This document shows positions 8,706 to 16,345 of a DNA stretch of 44,209 nt, one piece after another (positions within the stretch are counted from its first letter, which is position 1; every line of letters begins with the position of its first letter). Origin of the DNA: a virus (Duplodnaviria; Caudoviricetes); the IMG/VR virus record IMGVR_UViG_3300037424_002275, positions 1 to 44,209 of that record. One strand, given 5' to 3'. Below the pieces are notes generated by a model that saw nothing but the letters and a program-made list of their open reading frames with translations, did no database searches and was not told the DNA's origin. The position numbers and the translations under genes are program-made.

Positions 8706-9128
8706 TTAAAACGGAATGTCATCCTCCATACTGCCACCGCCACCAGCCGGCGCGCTACGATCCGGAGGAAGACCAGTGTCGCTTTCCTCACGCCGGCCGC
8801 CAGTGCCGCCCAACATTTGCATCGACTCCAGGACGATGTCAGTCGTATAGTGCTTCACGCCGTCCTTCTCATAGGACCCGTACTCTATCCGGGCCTCGAC
8901 GAGGACCTGGCTGCCCTTGTGCAGGTACTGGCCGCAAATCTCCGCCAGCTTCCGCCAGGCCACGCACCGGTGCCATTCGGTCTTTTCCTGTTTCTGACCA
9001 TCAGCCCCCGTGTACTTCCGGCTCGTTGCCAGGGAAAACTTGCATACTGCCGTCCCCCCCGACGTGTACCGCATCTCCGGGTCGCTCCCCAGGTTGCCGC
9101 ACAGAATAACCTTATTGAACCCTGCCAT
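8706..9128 (-). CDS. ssb: Single-stranded DNA-binding protein
   Basis: NKVILCGNLGSDPEMRYT, EKTEWHR, LHKGSQV, DDIPF tail. Confidence 0.96.
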   Translation of the reverse strand: MAGFNKVILCGNLGSDPEMRYTSGGTAVCKFSLATSRKYTGADGQKQEKTEWHRCVAWRKLAEICGQYLHKGSQVLVEARIEYGSYEKDGVKHYTTDIVLESMQMLGGTGGRREESDTGLPPDRSAPAGGGGSMEDDIPF

Positions 9129-9667
9129 ACCTACCTCCACTCAGGTTTCACCACCTACCTGAAAGGCCCATTGTATTTCCTGGTTATCTCAAGCCCTCTC
9201 CAGTAAAGTTCATAGGTTCCCTGATTCATGTAACAAGGAAACAAAAACGCCGCTTGAATTAAGCTGAGATAATAAAAATAGGTAGCCATATTTTCCCCTT
9301 GACTTCCCCTCCCGCCACGTGATATACCCCGTGTCACGAAGGATGGTTGTTTTAAGAAAAGCTTTTAAAATAACTACCTAGTAAACGTAACCAATATAGG
9401 AAATCCCACCACCACACTCCCCTGCCAGCATCACTTTCCATCACAACCTTATAGCTAAAATTCACCTTTTCCACCTCCACAAATTGCCCTGAAATGTGTC
9501 AACCACGCTGGTTTGATCAATTACCTCTCCAGAGAGAAAAATTGGGGGGAAAATGATGTTCAGGTTTTGATACATATCGTGCATTTTGCAATGCCATGTT
9601 CACATATTGAAACATTACCCTTTACACAAGTGTAAAATACTGCATGGATAAAGAGTTTCCGGGGTGT

Positions 9668-9737
9668 TGTAGACACGTGAGGACAACTGCCATTTTGTGT
9701 CGACACGTGTGGACAGCGTGTAGACAGTTTGTGGACA
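9668..9737. repeat. Phased array of six TGTNGACA-like octamers
   Basis: Copies start at 9668, 9678 (TGAGGACA), 9698, 9708, 9719, 9730. Confidence 0.8.
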
Positions 9738-9745
9738 ACGTATTT

Positions 9746-9973
9746 TCATATATCGTCCGGTGACAGGAAGTTGCCGATATCGTTGACAATAAAGGCCCGG
9801 CAGCATGGAGAGAGTACTTGGGTAATTTCCTGAGCCTGAGTGAAGTAGCCCCAGGCCTCGCCTTCGTAGCCAAATTCTTTTTCTAGAATCACCTCATCGA
9901 GATCTACTAGTTCGCCGCAATCGGCACAGCGCCAGGTTTCGACTACTCTAGAGGGGAGTGGCAAGGCGCTCAT
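9746..9973 (-). CDS. Small Zn-ribbon protein
   Basis: WRCADCG...SPCC, similar in style to ORFs at 1659 and 1889. Confidence 0.55.
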   Translation of the reverse strand: MSALPLPSRVVETWRCADCGELVDLDEVILEKEFGYEGEAWGYFTQAQEITQVLSPCCRAFIVNDIGNFLSPDDI

Positions 9974-9975
9974 GA

Positions 9976-10242
9976 TCAGAACCCCGCGATAGAAGCCTGA
10001 AGACATTCATCGGCTTCTTTAGTGAAGGGTTGTTTTTTCTCTAACTGCTCTTGAGCTATCACCGCGGCCGCGATAATAGATTTACCGAGTTCGATGAGGT
10101 TTTCGGGGTAGGAAGTAAGTTCTAAAGTACCGGCTATGTCCCCGGCGTCGTTCATTTCAGTGATAGTTATACAAACGTCAAAATTGTTGGGACAAATCGC
10201 TATTTTTTGGAACTCTTGGCGGTAACCCAAAACTACTCTCAT
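9976..10242 (-). CDS. Hypothetical protein
   Basis: AAGGAGG RBS before MRVVLG; extended -10 promoter (TGcTATGAT) upstream. Confidence 0.6.
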   Translation of the reverse strand: MRVVLGYRQEFQKIAICPNNFDVCITITEMNDAGDIAGTLELTSYPENLIELGKSIIAAAVIAQEQLEKKQPFTKEADECLQASIAGF

Positions 10243-10475
10243 GGCGGTGCCTCCTTGCAAGCTTTTGAGAGCGCTATAGGAACATCATAGCACAACTCAA
10301 AAGAAATGGAAGAATTTTTTAACAATCCAACAATTATTTTTGGCGCTGTTTAAAAAAGATACACTGTTATTCTAGAGAGGGAAGTTGCGGTTACAAAATT
10401 CCAGGTTAAAAACCTGCTGGGGTTAAAGGCGTCTGTGTGCTGTTTCTCTTGGTTGGTTTAGCAATTAGAGAAGGT

Positions 10476-10510
10476 GGGGCCCGGGAGTTCCTATGTCTCG
10501 GGCCCCTGTT
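10476..10510. terminator. GC-rich hairpin, putative terminator
   Basis: GGGGCCCGGGA...TCTCGGGCCCC downstream of ORF ending at 10529. Confidence 0.5.
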
Positions 10511-10528
10511 TAGAAGGTTAGGGAAAGG

Positions 10529-11026
10529 TTAGATGAGTTCGATAAATTTGACCTGCTTGTCAGTGGTGATGACCACAAGCTTCACATCGTCAACCCGCAT
10601 CATGCGGCCGGAGCGAATCACGCTCCCATTGACGGTTAAGACGGTGATCATGGGGCGCTTCCCCTCCAGGCGGGTCTCGATGGGCACACCGGTCAGGTCG
10701 TACCAGCGGAGTTCGCTGCGCATGGTTCTGGTCTGCTCTTTCCGGTCGGTGGCGTTGTTGGCCCGGGCTTCCATGAACCGGGTGCGCTTGATCTTGACCC
10801 GGACGATCTCACGCTGGGCCAGTTGCGTACCGCGGGGCAGGATCGCCATGACGTTCCCCCCAGCCAGCTTGTCCAGGTCCTGCAGGTTGCCGTCCGTGGC
10901 TTCAACTACGGTCACGCCCTCGATGCCGGCCGGGGTTGAGGGAGTCAGGATGCCGCTGTAGGCTACGGCGATCCCCAGAGCGGTAATGAGGGCGGTGAGA
11001 CCAATGGTGATGATGGTACGTTTCAT
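10529..11026 (-). CDS. Exported/membrane-anchored hypothetical protein
   Basis: AAGGAGG RBS before MKRTIITIGLTALITALGIAVAYS (signal peptide); frame is open back to 11200. Confidence 0.7.
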   Translation of the reverse strand: MKRTIITIGLTALITALGIAVAYSGILTPSTPAGIEGVTVVEATDGNLQDLDKLAGGNVMAILPRGTQLAQREIVRVKIKRTRFMEARANNATDRKEQTRTMRSELRWYDLTGVPIETRLEGKRPMITVLTVNGSVIRSGRMMRVDDVKLVVITTDKQVKFIELI

Positions 11027-11196
11027 GCTGTGATCCTCCTTTATTTTAGGCATCTGCATAGAAGCCTCTACTCGTTTACGGCAAAGGTTATAGGCGGTGT
11101 TGCCTGGCCAGCAATCTTCTCTTGGGCATGGGCGGCCATTTCTACCAAAAGATATTTTGCACCAGGTCCGCCACTCTGCTTTCATTGGCGACGGTT

Positions 11197-11403
11197 TCAA
11201 TTACTATTTCCTGCCAGTTCCCAATTTATCTTGCCGAGAACCTGTTCTTGTTCAGCGGTTGGCGCCCCAAACGGATTATTCACACTCTCGATCATGGCTG
11301 GGTCAATCCAGTCTTCTGTGTCCAGTTCCCAGCGAGCGTTCTCGAAGCACATTCCACAGACAAAGCCGACGATAAACAGTAAGACAATGGCGATAGTTTT
11401 CAT
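11197..11403 (-). CDS. Small membrane protein
   Basis: MKTIAIVLLFIVGFVCG; AAGGAGG RBS. Confidence 0.6.
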   Translation of the reverse strand: MKTIAIVLLFIVGFVCGMCFENARWELDTEDWIDPAMIESVNNPFGAPTAEQEQVLGKINWELAGNSN

Positions 11404-11516
11404 GGCAAGGCCTCCTTGTAAGTTGATAAGAGAAATTTTATCAATGCCAGTCTTTCTATTACTCTCATTTCAAAGTAATGTGGAGAATCTATAAGAATAG
11501 CAATTACCATTCTCAT
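11400..11516 (-). CDS. 38-aa peptide (not in ORF track)
   Basis: AAGGAG RBS; MRMVIAILIDSPHYFEMRVIERLALIKFLLSTYKEALP; ATGA overlap with next gene. Confidence 0.5.
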   Translation of the reverse strand: MRMVIAILIDSPHYFEMRVIERLALIKFLLSTYKEALP

Positions 11517-11598
11517 TTTTATATTCTCCTTTTATTTTTAATTAACAATCAAAGAAAAGAGATTAATGTTATGTTTTTATTGTTTTGTAGCTGAACAT

Positions 11599-11630
11599 AA
11601 AAAAAGATGGGGAGCCTTGCGGCCCCCCAG
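11599..11630 (-). terminator. Intrinsic terminator
   Basis: GGGGGGCC-GCAA-GGCTCCCC followed by a T tract on the - strand. Confidence 0.7.
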
Positions 11631-11634
11631 GTTG

Positions 11635-12030
11635 CTATAGCCCGTACTGCTGATTTATGCAGACGAATCCTGTCGTGGTTTCTCCTTGATGCTCGAACCG
11701 TTCCCGAACCTCGTCCTCCCAGCGATCATCACCCGCAAAGCATTGGTCGTACCCGGGTTCTCTCGGGAGAAGCTGGACCATTTTGCCCTTGCGGAAGGCG
11801 ATAGCGTAGAGATCCTTGAGCGGGTCTCTTGTGTCCGGGTTCCACCACCTGGCGTCGGGGTCCAGGGTGACCGGCGCCCCGAAGCCCGGCTTCTCTTTCA
11901 GCTCCTCCCCTTTGCCAGTTTGCCATTTCTCGAAGCTGACGGTGAAGCGACAAACCCAGCAGCTACACGGCCCTTGGACGATGTGAATCCAGCCGTTGCA
12001 ACCGCATTTAATCATTCTCGAAATCTTCAT
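11635..12030 (-). CDS. Cys-containing hypothetical protein
   Basis: AGGAGGT RBS before MKISRMIKCGC. Confidence 0.6.
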   Translation of the reverse strand: MKISRMIKCGCNGWIHIVQGPCSCWVCRFTVSFEKWQTGKGEELKEKPGFGAPVTLDPDARWWNPDTRDPLKDLYAIAFRKGKMVQLLPREPGYDQCFAGDDRWEDEVRERFEHQGETTTGFVCINQQYGL

Positions 12031-12082
12031 GGCACTACCTCCTTGAAATGAAGGGGGAGCCGGGCGACTCCCCCAGGTTGGA

Positions 12083-12661
12083 TTAGCGGCGATACTGTGG
12101 GTTCGGGTTGGGCGTCGACGGGACGGTCCAGACCAGGACCGGCTTGCCCAGGCGCTTTGCAATCTCCATCGTATGGGCCGTCCCCTTGCTCACTCCATCC
12201 CATAGGGCAGCCACCCGATCGCAGCACATGACCATCTTCCAGTTGCGGGCGAACCCAGCCGCCCCTTTCAGGATCTCCCAATCTTCGGCCGTGACTTTGT
12301 AGACTTCCGTCTTACGACCGTATTTCTCGGACAGGATATGATGCGCCAGAGCGTCGACGCCCGCGGCCCCACCCGAGATGAAGATGGTATTGCGGGGATA
12401 GAGCTCTATCAGGTGTTGTACGAAGCAGGCTGCCAGGTCGTACTCCCAGTGTGCCCGGGAACCGGTGACCAGGACCCGGAGAGCCGGTGTCGGGGGCGCA
12501 GCAGGCTCAGGCGGCGGGGCAATCGAGATCACCGGGCCATGCGTGACTTCACCCGAGAATTCACAGGTATTGACGTCCGGACATTCCATGCAAAGGGTAT
12601 TCGGATGTTCACAAACTCCAGAAGCTTCAACTCCATGCTGATTTCCCATGACTTCCTCCAC
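12083..12661 (-). CDS. YspA/DUF2493-like SLOG-family protein with Cys-rich N-terminus
   Basis: RVLVTGSR, FISGGAAGVD, AGFARNWKMV, WDGVSKGTAHTMEIAKRLGKPV; AGGAGGT RBS before GTG 12661. Confidence 0.85.
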   Translation of the reverse strand: MEEVMGNQHGVEASGVCEHPNTLCMECPDVNTCEFSGEVTHGPVISIAPPPEPAAPPTPALRVLVTGSRAHWEYDLAACFVQHLIELYPRNTIFISGGAAGVDALAHHILSEKYGRKTEVYKVTAEDWEILKGAAGFARNWKMVMCCDRVAALWDGVSKGTAHTMEIAKRLGKPVLVWTVPSTPNPNPQYRR

Positions 12662-13227
12662 GACGGTTTCACCTCCTACCGACAAGGCCAGATTAACAGA
12701 ACCACCACACACACAGTTTGCCCGAGAGCTCGTTGGTCTTAGGCCAGCATAATGACGGCTTCATTCGATACGGGCGATAGAGTTGGACAAGGTGAGCTGT
12801 GTGTGTGTGTGCGAAGTAATAGCGACCCCTGGCATAGGACGTACACCTTTTCATGGTTTTACTGGCAGTTGGGCCGGGCCTTTCGGCCTTACTGCCATAA
12901 ACCAGGATTAGAAGGTGTAGTCGTAGGCCAGAGAGGAGCGGTAAATCTTTGGCTTTTGGTGGAAGGAGGGAAGTACGGACTTGTTAGACTCCTTGAACGG
13001 TCCGTACTTGCTGTGGAAGACATTGAATTATGCCGAAGCATGACCGACTGGAACCATTTTGCCCTGCCGGAGGCACCTTGCCCGCTTCGGGCCATTTCAG
13101 ATTGCAGTGCCCCGCCGAGTGCTTCCCTGGCCAATGAAGGGGGCAGGGGTGACCCCTTCTTGGCCTTGGGAATTAGCAGGAGGCGGGATAATTTTAGATT
13201 GATTCCGCCCTGCCGGAGGCCAATGTC

Positions 13228-13269
13228 AGATTTAGGCTTTTCATTTTAGATTTAGGCTTTTCATTTTAG
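13228..13269. repeat. 20-bp tandem duplication
   Basis: AGATTTAGGCTTTTCATTTT x2 plus partial copy. Confidence 0.9.
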
Positions 13270-13357
13270 TTTTCATTCGCCTTGAGTCATCATTCCAGTA
13301 GCCCACTGCTCTCCACGACACTAGTTCTCTTTAAAGACCATCATCAAAATCGTTCGC

Positions 13358-13392
13358 AAAAAAAGAAAGGCCCTGATCCGAAGACCAGGGCC
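13358..13392 (-). terminator. Intrinsic terminator with cUUCGg tetraloop
   Basis: GGCCCTGGTC-TTCG-GATCAGGGCC-TTTCTTTTTTT on the - strand. Confidence 0.85.
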
Positions 13393-13399
13393 CCAACCG

Positions 13400-13537
13400 C
13401 TACTCCTGCAGGCCTTCCATGACGTCAGCTATGTACTCAGCCGTGTACTGACCTACGGCGTTCCCCACGTAAGCCGCAGAAGAGAACAGAACCACCAACC
13501 CCACGATAGCCACGAGAACCATCCGAAACGAGAACAT
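13400..13537 (-). CDS. 45-aa single-pass membrane peptide (not in ORF track)
   Basis: GGAGGT RBS; MFSFRMVLVAIVGLVVLFSSAAYVGNAVGQYTAEYIADVMEGLQE; terminator follows immediately. Confidence 0.7.
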   Translation of the reverse strand: MFSFRMVLVAIVGLVVLFSSAAYVGNAVGQYTAEYIADVMEGLQE

Positions 13538-13567
13538 GATCTACCTCCAGAGAGAGTTACGGGCCCT

Positions 13568-13877
13568 ACCAGGCCCGGACACGAAGCGAGCAGACAGCGG
13601 GAGGCACCGGGACCCCAAGAGCCCCCAGCCGCCACCCAGGACGCAACACCGCACAGGCACAAGCGAGACAGGACGAAGGCCCCGACACCCGAAAACGACG
13701 ACCACAACAAGGACAAAGGCACGAGAACACAGCAGCACCCCCAGCACGAGAAGCCCCGGAGCCGAACCAGCCCCGAACCGACAGGCGCTGCCCAAGCAGC
13801 ACGAGAGGAGGGGAAAAGCAAGGCGCCGGACCGAAGGGAGGCCGGCGTAGGGGGGAGCACCGACCCAGGAGCGAGCC
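13568..13877. other. T-free (+) / A-free (-) tract
   Basis: No T in 13568-13788; only two T (13789, 13848) in 310 nt. Confidence 0.97.
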
Positions 13878-14202
13878 TTACTTGTGACGGTGGATATTTA
13901 CGACTGAGTTTCCTTTACGGCCAGACCGCGGCGGGCGGACCCCCGGAGACCGCTTGGCCTTGCTTTTGCCCCGACGGCCCGTGATACAATTGGGCGAGCA
14001 GGCGGGCGGGCTTTGCTTTTGCAAGGGCTATCAAGCCCGGAGCCGGGGGGGTCCGGGGAGCGGCTGAGCGCCCCCGGGTTTTTGATCTATCGCGTGTCCA
14101 TGCAGGAAATAGTTCCGACATTCCTCTGAAGCCAGACACTTCAAGGCCTCGATGCTTCCCTACACAGCAGGAGCGCCGAGTACGCTTTTCGAGGAAGACT
14201 GT

Positions 14203-14310
14203 CAACCAAGAGAAACAAGAGGGCAAAGAGGGGGGCGGGGGGAGAACGGAGACGCGGGGAGGGGGACCCCGCGCCGGACCCCCGGGGGGGGCCAGGAGGG
14301 GGGCCGAGAC
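14203..14310. other. Second T-free (+) tract, G-rich
   Basis: 108 nt without T. Confidence 0.93.
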
Positions 14311-14998
14311 TCCACGCCTCCTGGGGCGCACAAAGGGGGGGCTCGGGGGGAGCTCCCCCCCTTAGAGCTTTTCACCTCAGAAAAAGCTTGTGGATGGAAT
14401 ACCTATGCAGTTGATTACCGCAGGCCCCGGACTAAGGGGGCCGGAGGACCGGGAGCGCAGAACACATTAGCTCCAATGCAGATAGAGTCTCCTGCGTAGC
14501 AGAAGCCAACACCTTTGCCACGGAGCCAGGTGGGTAGGGTTACGTTCTCTGTTTATCGTCCACACATAGGGCATGCACACATAGAGCACCCATGCACAAG
14601 GAAGGCAACAAACACACAGGTGAGCTATCATCTCACCATATGAGTATCCTATGCCCTCTGTCCTCATCGCCAGCCAAGGGGAGCACCAGACACCCCCACC
14701 CCTATTACCTTCAATCTTTCTTCTCCTCCAATATTACCTACCCAGAAATTTTAAAATTCCTGCCATCCCCCTCCTCTAGGAAGAAAACACCCCTAAGAGT
14801 AAGGACAGGTGTAGTTCTCCCGAGGTGACCAATTTGCCTCTAGGAAGACCAGGAATAATTCTGGAATATTTCGCACCCTTTTCACACCTGGATCGAGCCA
14901 TCTGAGTCCAATAAAAGGGAGAAAAGACGTGATTTGTCCAAGAAAGTGCGGAAAAGGCATGAATTGTCCAGAAGCGTCATTATTTTGACACTTTTTTC

Positions 14999-15027
14999 TT
15001 GACAGGGTTATAGGGTGCAGGTAGAGT
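14999..15027 (+). promoter_or_regulatory. Sigma70 promoter upstream of the late operon
   Basis: TTGACA-17 nt-TAGAGT, preceded by a GTCA-N6-TGAC palindrome. Confidence 0.7.
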
Positions 15028-15077
15028 TAAATCACTCCGTTTGACACCTTTTGCCGCAGCACCGCCGCCGCAGTAGC

Positions 15078-15120
15078 AAGCCCCCCGGGAGTCTGGGCAA
15101 CTCTCGGGGGGTTATTTTTT
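15078..15120 (+). terminator. Intrinsic terminator in the late leader
   Basis: AGCCCCCCGGGAGT...ACTCTCGGGGGGTT-ATTTTTT. Confidence 0.8.
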
Positions 15121-15382
15121 GACCATATTGCTGACATCGGCAAATGGTGTCTCCATCCCACTTTCCTTGATTCCGAGCTCCGGATTTTACCTCTTCCTGG
15201 AAGTACCTCATCCCACTTTGCCATGAATAAACGACCTGGCCCACGGGGTCACGATCCACTTGTTCAGATTATGAAACATGATGTGTTGGAATATTGACGC
15301 TATGTGTCAGTATTTTGTCAATACGTCAAATTATTGACGATTTTTCTTGACAGAAGTGTAAGGTTATGTTTTCAGTAAGGGC

Positions 15383-15871
15383 ATGGCGCGGAAACGAGAA
15401 GACGACAAGAATTGGGCAGACCGTGGGCGGATAGATTTCCACCGCTGTTACAACGAAGCGGAGGGGTACTATCTGGCCGGACTCTCTTTGGATGAGATTT
15501 CCGAGCGGTTATCGCTGGACCTGGAGCGTCTTCGTGATTGGGAGAAGGAATACCAGTGGAAAGCGAAACGGGCAGCGATGATAACGAGTCCCCGGGGAAT
15601 TGGGGCGATGTTGCGAGAGCGCCTGCAGCGCCAGATGGAAAAAATGTCAGCATCGACGGGGGACCTGGAGGTTGACGAAGTAAAGAAGATCACGGAGTTG
15701 ACCTTGTTAATCAACAAGACTGAGGGAGCGGGGGGCAATGTTCTGGCGGCGATGGTGGAGGTCCTGAGGGATTTCAGCCGGTACTTGCGGGAGCACATTG
15801 GGGACCGGGACCAATACCATCTTGTCTCATCCTGGGTGCAGGAATATTTGAGGTCAAAAACAGACGTCTAG
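15383..15871 (+). CDS. terS: Terminase small subunit (HTH, DUF1804/Mu-like)
   Basis: GLSLDEISERLSL..LRDWEKEYQW HTH; upstream of TerL. Confidence 0.75.
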   Translation: MARKREDDKNWADRGRIDFHRCYNEAEGYYLAGLSLDEISERLSLDLERLRDWEKEYQWKAKRAAMITSPRGIGAMLRERLQRQMEKMSASTGDLEVDEVKKITELTLLINKTEGAGGNVLAAMVEVLRDFSRYLREHIGDRDQYHLVSSWVQEYLRSKTDV

Positions 15872-15874
15872 AGA

Positions 15875-16345
15875 TTGGAAAAACTTATGGGAAGACCAAA
15901 AGGATCAATAGGTAGAAACAGATTGTCTTTGGAACCCCTGAATCCATCTGGATTATGTTTTTGTGGTTGTGGCCAAAGAACTCCAATAGCACAGCAAGGT
16001 CTCAAGAGAGATCAGTGGGTTAAAGGCCAGCCAATCAGATTTATCCCAGGCCATCAGAAGAGAAAACCAGAAGGCAACAAATTCATTAATCGTGAAGGGT
16101 ATGTGCTGGTAAAACAGACCGGTCACCCAAGATCAGACAATAGCGGTTATGTTTTTGAACATGTTTTGGTTATGGAAAAAGTTTTAGGCAGACCAATTTT
16201 ATCAACAGAGGCGATTCATCATATTGATGAGGTTCGTCACAATAATGATCCTGGCAATCTTATGTTATTTGCCAAACGTGGAATGCATTCGGGGTTCCAC
16301 AGAGACCTTGAATTTCGAACCAAGATGGAGAGTGCCGATGTGTGA
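15875..16345 (+). CDS. HNH homing endonuclease
   Basis: LCFCGCG, RFIPGH, GYVFEHVLVMEKVLGRPI, IHHIDEVRHNNDPGNL. Confidence 0.88.
   Translation: MEKLMGRPKGSIGRNRLSLEPLNPSGLCFCGCGQRTPIAQQGLKRDQWVKGQPIRFIPGHQKRKPEGNKFINREGYVLVKQTGHPRSDNSGYVFEHVLVMEKVLGRPILSTEAIHHIDEVRHNNDPGNLMLFAKRGMHSGFHRDLEFRTKMESADV
16151..16257. repeat. 107-bp identical segment shared (inverted) with 39942-40048
   Basis: Base-by-base match of the HNH core coding sequence. Confidence 0.9.

Noticed and set aside
9581-9598. Sigma54 promoter on the - strand (TGGCA...TGCA)
   Set aside because: GG-to-GC spacing is 11 nt, not the required 10.
9643-9738. DnaA boxes
   Set aside because: TGTGGACAA is one mismatch from TGTGGATAA, but the array consensus is the quasi-palindromic TGTNGACA, which fits a different binder better.
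12752-13249. 165-aa + strand ORF
   Set aside because: No RBS or motifs, opposite to local gene orientation, and overlaps a hairpin array.
13536-13850. + strand ORF across the T-free tract
   Set aside because: Open only because stop codons need T; no RBS and low-complexity R/T/P/H product.
13568-13877. Diversity-generating retroelement as the cause of adenine loss
   Set aside because: No reverse transcriptase and no TR/VR pair differing at adenines seen in the genome; an RT acting in trans cannot be excluded.
12700-14900. CRISPR array or mini-array
   Set aside because: Repeats are short, mostly two copies, and lack regular spacers; no cas genes.
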